From Octopus bimaculoides (Eukaryota), in NCBI RefSeq assembly GCF_001194135.2, contig NC_068991.1, positions 18,140,496-18,186,815 of the forward strand: 46,320 nt of DNA. The letters run 5' to 3'. Below are positions 24,880 to 37,559 of the stretch, one piece after another. The first letter of the stretch is position 1. Every line of letters begins with the position of its first letter. The translations under genes were made by a program, and so were the position numbers. The notes under the pieces are model-generated. The model saw only the letters and a list, made by a program, of their open reading frames with translations, did not search any database and was not told the DNA's origin.

Positions 24880-25365
24880 TTGTAGCTGATGCACAGGAAT
24901 AGTTGTAGCAAGACCATTCACAAAATAAATTCTTTCTAAAGTTTTCTAGAAGTAGTTGACAGCTTTTTTACTGAGGTAACCTAAAGAATGGAAGATGTGT
25001 AAAGGCTGCATTGAAATGAGGAAGTAGGCTCCACTGGATGCATAATATCAGTCCACATGAATGATGAAAGCACAAATAAGCTGAAAGATAACCTGAGTAT
25101 CCAAGGAATTAGTTGTAGTGTGTGAGAGGCAAGACCAAGCTCATACAGACATGGGCACTGTAAAGCACATGGAAGTTTTAAAAGGTGGCAAATGATCCAA
25201 TTAGAAGGAACCTATGGAAAAGGAAGACCAATGAAAACATAGGAAGAAATGAGAAAGCTAATCTCAGGTGGCTGGACCTCACAAAAGAAATGACAAAAAA
25301 AAAAGTGATAAGTAGTGGGGCAATGTGCTGGAAAGATTCTGTCAAATGCATGCAAGCAAGGAAAA
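24880..25365 (+). mobile_element. Degraded RTE LINE ORF2 3' part with an internal deletion
   Basis: LEVVDSF, then remnants of LHWMHNISPHE, RLRWYGHV, LEGTYGKGRPMKT*EE and DL..LDLTKEMT. Confidence 0.75.
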
Positions 25366-25532
25366 AATGGACATAATATGATGATGATACAAAAGGAATG
25401 TCTGAAGCCCATCCCTTGAAGTGACACAAATAGGATTTGCAATTGGTGTTTCAGGACAATGACACAAACATCAATTATACAGTACTCCTGCTGCTTAACA
25501 ACTTATATCCATGTACCTAACTTCATAACTCC

Positions 25533-25533
<1 letters not shown>

Positions 25534-25597
<64 letters not shown>
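25534..25597. repeat. (TG)n microsatellite
   Basis: Read directly. Confidence 0.98.
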
Positions 25598-25598
<1 letters not shown>

Positions 25599-26146
25599 AT
25601 GCATATTTATGTATACATAACATACATATTTAAATAAGTGATTGAATATTCTTTTTTTTTACTTATTGAAAACATGACAACATTTTATTTTCATTTTGTT
25701 TACAAATATTTCCTCCAAGTATTGTTCTTCGGAATACTTTGTTGTTGTTCCATTTGTAATAATAATCTTCTAAGGTCCAGTGTAAGGTTAACATTCAAGA
25801 CATACTCCACATTATAATCTGAATGAAAATAATTACACAGGCAGTTGGTGTTGCTACTAAAATTGCTTTTTCCATATTTTTATTTCTATTTTTAATTTTC
25901 AATACAAGGAGAGAAAGAAAGGGATGCCATAGGACTGTTTTGTTTCTGTTTCTCATTGGTTTAGGTTTCCAGACTTAAATTTTTCTGACAATTGGCGTCA
26001 GGTTGCTGTTTGCAATCAGGATGTGGTCAGGTTGTTAGCATTAGGTTTCAGTCTGTTTTTCTAGGATGTGGTGTTGTTGAAATTTTGAGTCATGTTTGCT
26101 ACCAAAAATGATTCTACTATTGTTTTGTATTCTATTATCATTATTA

Positions 26147-26806
26147 AAGGCGGCAAGCTGACAGAATCATTAGCACGCTGGACAAAATGCTTAGTGGCAT
26201 TTCATCTGTCTTTACGTTCTGAGTCCAAATTCTGCCAAGATTGACTTTGCCTTTCACTTTTTTGGGATCGATAAATTAAGTACCAGCTGCGTACTGCAGT
26301 TGATCTCATTGACTGGCTCCCTCCCTTAAAATTTCAGGCCATGTGCCTATAATAGAAAGGATTATTATTATTAAGGTGGCGACCAGGCAGAATCGTTAGC
26401 ATGCTGGATGAAATGCTTAGCGGTATTTCACCTGTCACTGCATTCTGAGTTCAAATTCCTCCAAGGTCAACTTTGCCCTTCATCCTTTCAGGGTCAATAA
26501 ATTAAGTACCAGTGAAATACTGGAGTCATTGTAATTGACTAGTTCACTCCCACTAAATTTCAAGCCTTGTACCATTTGTAGAAAGGATTATTATTGTTAT
26601 TATTATTATTATTGCATACCGGGTAAAATGTTTGGCAACATTTCATCCGTTTTTATGTTCTGAGCTCAAATGCCATTGAGGTCCACTTTGCCTTTCATCC
26701 TTTCAAGGTTGATAAATTAAGTACCAGTGAAACACTGGGGGTCGATGTAATATGACTAGTCCCCTCCCACAAAATTTCAGGCCGTGTGCCTTTAGTAGAA
26801 AGGATG

Positions 26807-26846
<40 letters not shown>

Positions 26847-27091
26847 GCAGCAGCAGTAGGGCAGCTAGCTGGCAGAATCGTTAGCACACTGGGCAAAATG
26901 CTTAACATCATTTTGTCTGTCTTTACATTATGAATTCAAATTCGGCAGGGGTTGACTTTGCCCTTCATCCTTTTGGGGTTGATAAATTAAGTACCAGTGA
27001 AACACTGGTGTCAGTGTAATTGACTAGTCCTCTTTCCACAAATTTTCAGGCCTTGTGCCTTTAGTAGAGAGGATTATTATTATTATTATTA
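26147..27091 (+). mobile_element. Head-to-tail array of four SINE family A copies joined by (ATT)n tails
   Basis: Copies start at about 26147, 26373, 26614 (5'-truncated) and 26859; each ends gaaagg or gagagg followed by (att)n. Confidence 0.92.
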
Positions 27092-27486
27092 GTTTCAATA
27101 ATTTTTTCCATCTGCACTATCAGTTAAAAAATATTTCCTCAAGAACTTAGAATTTTAGACTGTGAATATCTTGAAACACTGATGGTACAATGGACCTCGG
27201 AACATTAACCTTTTCAGGCCATATTCCTGGTTTACTGAAATTATCAATCTTTATACTTTGTTGAATCCAAAATACAGTGGGAATTGACAAACCCTATTAA
27301 AATCTGGTCAAATTAAGAAAAAAAACATTGGTCTATCAGAAAAAAAAGACAGGTCAGCAGTGCAGATTACATTGTTTATAAATGTCTGCTCAGAGACAGC
27401 ATAATGTTGAGTATTATTTGATCAAATAGATCTAGATGATAAATAGAAATCAATTGAAGATGAAAAGTTTAAAGCAGAAGGTAATA

Positions 27487-27700
27487 ATCTTTTCTACTCT
27501 AGGCACAAGGCCTGAAATTTTGGTGAAGGGGGCCAGTCGATTAGATTCAACCCAGTACGCAACTGGTACTTAATTTATTGACCCCCGAAAGGATGAAAGG
27601 CAAAGTTAACCTCAGCGGAATTTGAACTCAGAACATAATGACGAAATACCGTTAAGCATTTCGCCTGGCATGCTAACGTTTCTGCCAGTTCACCGCCTTG
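27487..27700 (-). mobile_element. SINE family A copy
   Basis: Reverse-complement family A motifs, well preserved. Confidence 0.88.
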
Positions 27701-29223
27701 TAGAAGGTGATAATAATGTGTCTCAAATGAGGAAACATTTTCCAGCTGATCATAGTGATGATGCAATACTAGTATTAAATGAACAGGTAACCAATTCCAG
27801 AAAATAACCTCAATCTTTTAGGTGTTTTTGTTTAATAATTTTACAGTCAGTCTCAGTTTGTTTAAATTTCATATGTCCTCAATGAGAAGCTAAGATAAAC
27901 ACCAATTGCCTCCTCCCTCTCAGGCTAATAGGGTTAAAATTTTTAACAAAATATCATCACCATTTAGTGTCCATTTTCCATGCTGGCATCAGTTGGACAT
28001 TTTGAGCTACGAAGCTGCATCAGATCTCAATATCAGCTTTGGAGTGGTTTCTATAACTGGTGTCCTTCTTAATGCAAAGCACTTTACAGTATGTACTGGG
28101 TGCATTTTTTTGTGACATTGGCTATTGTGAAATCACCAAATAACTTGCAAGACAAGGAAAAGAAAGGAAAAAAGTACCCTTGATTAAGTGAGTGAGGATG
28201 TATTTCAGATGGGAGGAGGGTAGCTTTATGCCAACATTGAAGGCTAAAGTATGATAGAGAGACAAGCCCAGCTGTCTTCTTATAGAGGTAATATATGGCC
28301 ACCCTACACTGAGGGTGGGTGGGAGTAACTGAAAGGGAGATAACGATGGTGGTGATAGGATGCCAGAGCATACCCTCAAAGTACAAGAAGGTGAGTATAT
28401 GTCACTCAAAGCTATTGAAATCCTCTACATGCTACAGACAACAACCAAATTTTTCTCAAATAACCCCTATAGTCTTAAATAAAGCAAGATAGAATAGCCA
28501 ATGAATGTAGTCCCTAGTGTACAAAATGATGAGATGGTCATGACTGGAACACATTTGATCCTAATCTGCTTCTTCAGGACTAAATTGGGGGTTAAATATA
28601 CCACAGACCCCACTCAAACATATGTAGACTAAACATCATCTATAAGTGTGGCCCTTATTTTGCACACTTTCTCCCCTTACATCTTACTATTCTCCCCTAT
28701 CTTTTGCCAAGTTGTTCTCTTGATAATCATTACAAGTTTAGAAAATCACCCTTACAAAATATTCCTAACATGACACACATTCAAGACGTGTTCATGTAGT
28801 AGGTCACTGTGTTAAACACACTCATGCATGCACACAAACATGCACATGCATGCATGTACACACACAGATGTAAGCATATACATACACAATACATGCACAT
28901 ACATGTTCACACTTTCTGTGACATACATCTTACAATTATCATTGTTCTTGGCTTCTATTCTATGCAACTGTTAAATGCCAATGTTTTGTCGTTGTTGTAC
29001 TATTGTCCTCATCTTTACCACCACTACTACCACTGTCAAGTGAGATACTGTAATGAATTCACAGTTCAGTCAAGCAGTGCACTAAATAGATAGTATTCTT
29101 GAATCCAGATACTAAACTTGAATGGAAATCAGTATATTTTCAATCTTTTCTGAGTCAATAAGATAAATAATCCTTAATATAACGAGATCAAAAGAAACTG
29201 TGTCCCTACTTCAAAGTTTGCGA

Positions 29224-29470
29224 AGGCACATGGCCTGGTGGTTTGTGTGTTATGCTGACAATCTTTAAGCCATGGGTTCAATTCCTGGACCAGGTGGTGT
29301 ATTGTGTCTTTGAACAAGGCACTTAATTTCACATTGCTCCAGTCAACTCAGTTGTAAATGAGTATCAACAGCAGCTCGGGTCAGGAAGTGGGTTTAACCT
29401 TGGGATGGAATAGCACTCCATCCAGGAAGGAGGTCTTTACTCTCAGTTTAATCTAAGCACTATAGAAACT
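29224..29470 (+). mobile_element. tRNA-derived SINE (family C, CORE-like)
   Basis: ggcacatggcctggtggtt A box, gggttcaattcc B box, tgtgtctttgaacaaggcacttaatttcacattgctccagtcaactcag. Related inverted copies at about 8200-8400 and 33780-33940. Confidence 0.75.
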
Positions 29471-30604
29471 GAGATAGGCTGTCTTGGCTTAATGAACCTC
29501 TAAGTTTGAAAAAGGCTTTACAACTATGTTTGAAACTATAGCTATAATTATAATTTCCTCATTATCATCACTATCAATGTATTAATGTCTACTGTTCCAT
29601 GCTTATATTGATCAAATGAGAGTATGCTGAGGCAGAGATTTCCTATGACGAAATTGCCCTTCGTGTTGCCAGACCCCACTTGTTCCCGAGTGAGGTAATG
29701 ATCTCCCAGTCTACTGAACAGCTAACAGCTTGGACATATTCTGTGTGGAAAACTGGAAACAAACAACATTGTTTAAGGAGCCTTTTGTTTACAAAGATCA
29801 CACATGTCAAGACATGTCAGGAAGACCAGATTATCCTTTCGTGGTGGACTGCAAGATAATGACACCAGTAGGAAGCCATTGTTTACAAACTGATGAACAT
29901 AGGAAAACAAACATACATGTATATTTTATACATGTGTATGTGTTTCTATGTTGTTTGTCTTCAGCTACTGCTTAACAACTAGTGATGGTTTGTTATGTCC
30001 CTACAACTTAGCAGTTTGGCATAGACCAATAGAATAAGTACCAGGATTTAATAAAAAAAAAAAAAAGTACTGGGGTCAATTCATTTGACTAAGAACCCTT
30101 TAAGGCAGTACCCCAACATGGCTTCAGTCCAATGATTGAAACAAGTAAAAGATAAACACACACACACACTGAGAGATTCTTCAGTTTCCATCTACCAAAT
30201 CCACTCAAGGCTTTGGCCTGGGGCTATAGTAGAAAGCAAACTTTCCAACCACATAGTTATAACTGCATCTATAATAAGAGTAATAGTAATGATGATGAAG
30301 ATACAACAATAAATAAGCCTTGTAATAACTGTCATCATTGTTATAGCATAAGACAATGGTAGAATTGGTAAAGTACTGGACAAAATGCCATACGAATCCC
30401 GCTGACATCAGCTTTGCCTTTCATCCTCCTCCTCATCATCATTCATGGGTTCGATGAGTTTACTGAGGTGGATTATCTACAACCAGATGCCTTTTCTGTC
30501 GCCAACCCTCAAGGTTTACAAAGCAATTAAGTACTATGGCTGATTTAATCAACCGCATCCAAAACTAAACTAGAATCAAAGCCCAAATTATGTAAGATAA
30601 GTTA

Positions 30605-30905
30605 TTCTTGGATGTTACCATAATCTGAACCTTCAGATGGACTGGATGTAGAGTAAAGCTACAAGCAGGGTGGCCAGTCTGATTCAGAAATGGGTGGAGA
30701 GGAAGCTACTCGTGAAAAGTCAAGCAGAAGTGGTGAATATACACATTGTTTCCCTTGTATATTACCTTCTGAAGCTCACGTTATGTCTTACCCAAATTTT
30801 CATCTCACCAAATTGGAGCATCTGTTCATTCGCTTAATATAGAAGTGACTTAATATAGAAGTTCCACTGGTCATGTGGTCCATCTGTTGCCAACACATTT
30901 GCACA
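30605..30905 (+). mobile_element. Tx1/L1-clade LINE ORF2 fragment downstream of the RT domain
   Basis: ATSRVASLIQKWVERKLLVKSQAEVVNIHIVSLVYY resembles the W..RKLSLKGRA.V.N.YI.S...Y pattern of Tx1-like elements. Confidence 0.7.
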
Positions 30906-31344
30906 GAGGGATCAGTATACCTTGGTTAATCATGATTTTGCCTGTTGTCTTTCTGGAGTTGATAAAATAGATACCAGTGCAGCACAGGGGATCAATTAAA
31001 TGGAAACCCATCCTCCCAAGTTTGCAGCCTTGTACCTACATTAGCAATTGTTATGATTAAAATAGTAATGTGGTATGAACAGTAGAGCACCAGATTAAAA
31101 GCATGTGATACTTAGCTATAATTGCTTGCATTCTAAGTTCAACTTCAGCTTTCACATCTCCAAAGTCAATGGAGTAAGAGCTAGTCAGGCTGATTAAATC
31201 AACTACACCCTTCCACCAAATATGTGGCCTTCACCACTATCATCCTGAAATTCTTCATCATTTTACATCTACTTTCCATGCTGGTTTGAGGTGGACAGGC
31301 ATCAAGGTCTGAGTCATTCAAGTTAAAAACCACTATCAATATTT

Positions 31345-31728
31345 ATGGCTGTGTAGTAAGAAGTTTGCATTCTAACCACACAGTTCTGGGTTCAGCCCAC
31401 TGTGTGACATCTTAGGCATTGTCTTCTACTATAGCCCTGGACCAATCACAGTTTTATGAATGGATAAGTTAGACAGAAACTGAAAGAATACCATCATATA
31501 GATGTGTGTGTGTGTACCTTGTGTGAGCGTGTCTGTTCCCTTAACACTTCTTGACAATAAGTGTTGGTTTGATTACACCCCTGTAACTTAGCATTTCAGC
31601 AAGAAACCGACAGAATAAATACCAGGCTTTAAAAAATAAGTACTGGGGTCAATTCATTTGACTAAAACTCTTCAAGGAAGTACCCCAGCATGGCCACAGT
31701 CCATGACTGGAAAATGTAAAAGACAAAA
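31345..31728 (+). mobile_element. SINE family B copy
   Basis: Full head, CORE-like segment, (TG)n and tail. Confidence 0.85.
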
Positions 31729-32757
31729 CTAAATGTGATTTGGTATTTCATTTGTGTCCACCTACTGCTAAATTAAAATTATGCAGAGTCAAAAATGTCT
31801 TTCATCTCTCAAAGGTCAATAAAATAAATAAATATCAATGAATTATTTAATCAAATACATGACGCCCTCCCCTAAAATTTGAAGCATGCATCAGAATTAA
31901 TAAATACTGTATGTATATATATACATGTATTAACCACAATGACATAACTATATTCTTTGAATCCAAATATTAACAGGTTAGGGTAGCCTGGTGATTCATA
32001 ATGGTCATATATGCTGAGTGCTTCATTATAAGAAATCTATTGATTAGTCTAATTACAAACAGAGGAGTCAGAGTAGGTGCTGCCATGAATTGATGAGTCA
32101 GAGTTGAAAGTTTTTGTGATAAAACTAATAAGCAGTAGTTCATCAGTTATCAGAGATGAATTCTTCCAGTAGATATGATCAACCAAAAATGGTGCTAAAA
32201 TACAGCTGGTTTCAGTCACTGATTGATGAAGACTTCTGATCACAAAAAGTAACAGGGCACAACTATCTGACTAGAAGACAATATAACTGAGAAGGACAGT
32301 ATTCCAACACAAGAATAGTTTGTGGACTTGACTGAACAAATATTTTTGATATACCCACAGAATATTTCCCACTTCATATTACACCCATCTTCTATGTATC
32401 TGGGCTGGTTAACCAAAAGAAGTACCAGTAATCTGTTAGGATCAAGTCTATCACCCACTCTCCAGCTCAACACAACCACCTGACAAAAGGTGGGGTTAAA
32501 ACCAGTTGACAGATCAAACTTACCAACTCAAAGTCAAGTACGACCAAATCAGCAGACTTCAGCAGAGTTTCCATCAACCTAACTCCATTTACAAGCCTTG
32601 GATGACCTGAGGCTACAGTACATGATACTTCAACAAGGTACTGTGCAATGGGACTACCCAAAAGCCAGGAGGTGGATAGCAGAATTATCATACAGCATCG
32701 GAGAAAATGCCATGCAACATGCAGACCTTTCTTTGTATTCCGAGTTTTTGCTATTGA

Positions 32758-33273
32758 TACGTGCCTTTCATTCATTGGACGCTGGACTCCGCTTGTGAAG
32801 ACCTGTTGAGGCAAGTGAGGGCGAAGTTGTGATGGCACCTGTGCCGGTGGAGCGTCATCTGAGCGTGATTGTTGCCAGAGCAGCTGTCTGGCTTCCGTGC
32901 CGGTGGCACGTGGATGGCACCATTTGGACGTGATTGTTGCCGGCGTCGCCTTACTGGCACTTGGGCCAGTGGCACGTGGAGGAACATTCAAGCAAGGTCA
33001 TTGCCGGTGCTGCTGGACTGGCTCCTGTGCAGGTGACACATAAAATGCACCATTCTGAGCGCGGCCATTGCCAGTACCGCCAGACTGGCCTTCGTGCCGG
33101 CAGCACATAAAAGCACCCACTACACTCATGGAGTGGTTGGCGTTAGGAAGGGCATCCAGCTGTAGAAACACTGCCAAATCAGATTGGAGCCTGGTGTAGC
33201 CATCTGGTTCGCCAGTCCTCAGTCAAATCGTCGAACCCATGGAAAGCGGGCGTTAAACGATGATGATGATGAT
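32758..33273 (+). mobile_element. Longest (GAT)n-tailed retroposon 3' copy, with about 4.5 internal subrepeats of about 60 nt
   Basis: Repeated gtgccggtggcac...caccatt..agcg...ttgccag...ctggc units, then the conserved 3' end and (gat)n. Confidence 0.85.
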
Positions 33274-33289
33274 ACCTGAACAAGAGAGA

Positions 33290-33680
33290 AACTGTATGGT
33301 AAGAAGCTTGCTTCCCAACCACATGGTTCCAGGTTGTCCCCTTGTGTAGCATCTTGGACAAATGTCTTCTACTATATAGTCTCAGACTGATCAAAGCCTT
33401 GTGAGTGGATTTAGTAGATGGAAACTGAAAGAAACTTGTATATATGTGTGTGTGTGTCTTTGTATGTGTTTGTCCCCCATCTCCACACACTGCTTGACAG
33501 TTGGTGCTGGTGGGTGAATGTCTTCGTAACATAGTGGTTTGGCAAAAGTGACCAATAGAATAAGTACCAGTCTTTAAAATAAATAAATACTGGGGCCAAT
33601 ACATTCAACTAAAAATTCTTCAGCACTGTGCCCTAGATCGGTCGCAGTCTAATGTCTGAAACAAGTAAAAGATAAAAGAT
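33290..33680 (+). mobile_element. SINE family B copy
   Basis: Same family motifs, with an aagtaaaagataaaagat tail. Confidence 0.85.
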
Positions 33681-34468
33681 ATATATATATATATCCTACA
33701 ACCTTAGAAAAGGACACATTGAATAATACAGGCTTATATTGAGTATCAATAGGCATGCTAGGCCAGAGTTAACCCCAGTTTTTATAGCTTTTAAGTGACT
33801 CACATTGCTACCCATTTTCAACTGAGTGGACAGGAGTAATGTGAAAATGAGTGACTTGCTCAAGAACACGATGCTGCCTCATCTGAGAACTGAACCTATG
33901 ACCTAACAATTGTCAGCTCAGCACACAAACCACTGCGCTCCGTGTGTCTCCACACTGCATTCAGTGTACATTGGGAAATAGACATGATGGTCAAGGCTGG
34001 AACAGTATTGCTCATAAGTCAGTTTACCCAATGCTGCTGCACTGAGGTTAAACTATTTCTGTGAGTAAACTAAGCAAAAGACAAAAGGTAACTTAAATGA
34101 AGAAAATTTTGAAAACAGCAGGAGAGACCTGGAGTAAAGAGAATAACAACAAAAGGCCTCTGACAAAGCAATTCATTGATTAACCAAGTGGTCAATCAAA
34201 CAGTTGAGTAGTTGATTGATCATCATTATCATCATAATAATACAAATAATAATAATGATAAAAGGTACAGTAGAATTAGCTTGCATGTATATTTATTGGA
34301 AAAATGACTCTCCCAACATACAATGTGTTTCAACATGATTTTACATCAAGAATCTCACAAAAGAAAAATCCTACAGATTTTTATTAAAATAATTGAAAAA
34401 TCCTACAACATTAAAAGACCAAAAAACAAAAAAAAAAAAAACGAAGAAAAAGTGAAAGAGAAGCTTAC

Positions 34469-34591
34469 CCTTAACTGTGAAATTATTAAGAGGTTCTGTG
34501 GCGTCATTCTCAGGTTTCGCCCGAAAACCGAAGAAGGCACCATTTTTCCGTAGAAGGAAATATCGTTTCCTCCAATTTTTAATATGTTCTC
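34469..34591 (-). CDS. Akt: Akt/PKB coding exon 2 (123 nt, phase 1-1): EHIKNWRKRYFLLRKNGAFFGFRAKPENDATEPLNNFTVK
   Basis: Clear match to Akt PH (human [26 protein letters not shown]...PLNNFSV). Acceptor tttcattgcag|GA, donor AAGG|GTAAGC. Confidence 0.97.
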
Positions 34592-34654
34592 CTGCAATGA
34601 AATGAAACAACAGAATTTTCATTTTAAGAATTCAATATCATCAAAGGCTTAAAA

Positions 34655-34780
34655 CAGTGGTTCTTAAACTGGGGTCCATGGTCCCCCAGGGGTCTGCAAA
34701 GTGATTTTAGGGGGACCACAAAGGGACACTGAAGTATTGTGAAAACAGGTGGCTTGGGACAGTTAAGTTTTAAGATCTCC
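34655..34780. mobile_element. Possible hAT-Charlie-like MITE about 65 bp upstream of the Akt exon 2 acceptor
   Basis: cagtggttcttaaactggggtcc resembles Charlie TIRs; the opposite TIR is degenerate. Confidence 0.4.
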
Positions 34781-35019
34781 CTTAAATCACACCCTACTAT
34801 CTTAAAAAGGGAAGGACACATTACAAAATATAATCCTCAGTGCCTCTAAAACAAAAAGGCAATGATCAAGGTAAGAATGTCTTTGATTAGTTTAATCATG
34901 GTTGATCTAGAATTAAACTTCAACATCATCCTGAAACGCTTTACACTTTCTTTTTACTACATTACAGAGATGAATCCCCGAGTGAGCCTCTATACAGAGA
35001 AATGGTTAGAGCTTGAAAA

Positions 35020-35580
35020 TTTTGAGCAAATCCACTTGTGAGTGGCACAAAAGGAGAAGTCTCCAGTAGATTTGATTTTCTGAAAGCTGTACTGATGGTT
35101 TTTAAATATGGAGTGGGATTCAAACTGTTGAAGAATGTGGTTGTTAAGAACTCTCAATCATGTTTGAGATAATGGAAGTGAAAGCAATAGTCAATAACTG
35201 GTAGGGTCAGAGGTGTTGCCCTTGTTGGGAATGGGACAATATAGTGTTTCCAATGATTGCGGTAGGCAGCTGTAGCGAGACACAGAAGAGTTTTGCAAAG
35301 ATAATTGATGTAAAAATTTCTGGTTGTATATCATTTTGTTTCTGCATCAATATGATGTGATTATGTATGCCAAGAGTTAAAGATGATGACTACAGAGAAG
35401 AGTGTAGAAAGTAATAGGGGATCAAGGAATTATTGACAGCTGGAGAAGTTCAGAGAATGGTAGAGGCAACAGATGTATTTAGAAAGGTGGAAAAGAGAGA
35501 GACTATGAAGCAGAGTAGCTGAAAGTTGTCATTGCTGATATCCAGGTGAGAGAAGGTGAATGGTGGAGAGCAGAATCTAT
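35020..35580 (-). mobile_element. CR1/Jockey-group LINE RT N-terminal remnant
   Basis: PIPNKGNTSDPTSY*(frameshift)IAFTSIISNMIE, then LNNHILQQFESHSIFKNHQYSFQKIKSTGD. Confidence 0.85.
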
Positions 35581-36483
35581 ATATGTACAGACACCACCTT
35601 TTAGAAGTTTGAATATAGAGTATAACTTGAACTGTACAGACATCACCATCATCGTCGTCATCATCATCATCAGTTAACAGCCATCTTCTATGCTGATAAG
35701 TATTGGATAGTTTGGCAGCATCCAGTTAGCTGGAAGACTATCAAGCTCCAACGTCTGCTTTGACATGCTGGATGCCCTTCCTAATGCCAACCACTTTACA
35801 GTGTACTGGGTGCTATTTACATGACACCAGCACTAGTGAGGTCACTAAGCAGCTCACATGACAAAGAAAATGACTCTTCAACTGAGTAGAGCTGTAGTAA
35901 AGAGAGACGTGGCTTTATGCCAGGTGTTGCAAGACTAAAGTGGGACATGGCTATCCCACATTATGTAAGGGTTAGTGGGAGTAGTTGGAAAGACTACACA
36001 GATGGTGACAATGAGGTTTCAAGGTATAGAAAGGTAAGTATACAAACAAAGGATCAGGAAGTGTGGGTGGATAAGTTCATAAGAGTGTGAGAGGAGTGTG
36101 ACAGATGGTTAGACATAGGTGTAGAAGTGAATGTAGCAAATGATGAACAAGGCTGGAAGTGAAAGAATAGCAGTTGTTCAAGAAGGAGGTGGTGGTGGTG
36201 GTGAACAGCAATAGAATAAACCTATAGATAGGTTAGAAAATAGAGGCAGATGAGGTGAGCGAAAGAGAGATACGTACAGTGACAGAGAAGAGTATCAGAG
36301 GTATGTAGAGGAGGTTATAGTAAGTGGCAGATAAAGATTAGGAGCAACAATAGCAGATGTGATAGAGATAAAAATGATAGCAGATATGAGAGGGTGTTAA
36401 AGATGAGGTATGACAGTTCTAAGATGTAGCTCAGAGGTTGGGGAGAGATAATTGGTGGCACAAAAAGAACAGGAAGGTTTTAA

Positions 36484-36926
36484 CCCTTTCGTTACTGTAT
36501 TTATTTTCAGATGCTCTGTTTCTTTCAATTACTTTAACCCTTTAGTGTTCACATTATTCTGCCATAATTAATGCTTTTTTATCCACATTATTTTGAACTA
36601 ATCATACATTATCTCGTAGGTATGAGATTTAGATGAGGTAGCTGTTAATTTTTAAAACGATATTGTAGGGTTGGTGTGAGAGACCAGATTTGGCCAGTTT
36701 GAACATAGAATAGGCAGAATACTGCTGGCTGGATATGGCCAGTTTAAATGCTAAAGGGTTAAATATAACGAAGAATTTAGTAAAATAACTTAGTTATCAT
36801 TAAGCTGGTGTTAGGAACATAAATTGTGACTAAGGTTTGGTGGAAGATTTTAATTCAAAATTTATGAAAACAAGACATTTGTACTCAGAGCCAGAGCCGG
36901 TTTCAGCTGGGTTGGTAACGAAAGGG
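36484..36926. mobile_element. piggyBac-like MITE (outer element)
   Basis: TTAA(36480-83)-CCCTTTCGTTAC ... GTAACGAAAGGG-TTAA(36927-30). Confidence 0.88.
36538..36758 (-). mobile_element. piggyBac-like MITE nested in the outer MITE
   Basis: TTAA(36534-37)-CCCTTTAG ... CTAAAGGG-TTAA(36759-62). Confidence 0.88.
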
Positions 36927-37559
36927 TTAAATAATGGTAAAAAATGAATGTCTTACAGAAAAACTGTGAGAACAAGGGTAATGTCTTTTAGGAAGTGTTT
37001 CTTTTGAAATGTCAGCATCCCATTCAAAGACAGGTATATCTTACATCAGATTATAGCTTACAAAATGAGAGTTAAGCATTAAGCAACAGTCCCATAAATG
37101 GATACTTCTGAATTGTGGAAAAATTTACTTATTCACCACACCAATAAAATACTCTCAAGTCCAACACTAAAACTTACATGTAATTCTTCCATTTTAAAAG
37201 ACCAACAAAACTACTACTATCACTTACCAAATAGCAACAAGTCAGTTTCAAATTATGGATTATTTGCACTACAATCTCAATTGTCTAGTTTTGTTTTTCT
37301 TATCTTAGAAGCCACATAGGTAAGAAAATTATCGACAATGACCTTACTTCACAGTTCCATGAGTTGCCACAACCACAACTATATATAGCATCAATCAGAA
37401 GAAGGTAGTTTTCTTAAGGACCAGGGTCCAGTTTTGGCTTCATGGAGTCAAACAGTCAAGAAATAGTCCTGCTTGGATAGAACACTAATCCTGCATGTGT
37501 AATTCTGTAAATGATCTGGCACCAATTCCCAATAAGGTTTTCTTCTGAAATACATGCAT

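Noticed and set aside
26147-27091. CRISPR-like repeat/spacer array
   Set aside because: The units are about 220-bp eukaryotic SINEs joined by microsatellites; there are no short identical repeats with unique spacers and no cas genes.
29889-29910. A second CTGATGA...GAAA as a possible hammerhead
   Set aside because: No stem II or stem I pairing can be drawn.
32467-32991. 174-aa minus-strand ORF
   Set aside because: Half of it is the antisense of the retroposon hairpin array; the rest has no recognisable domain.
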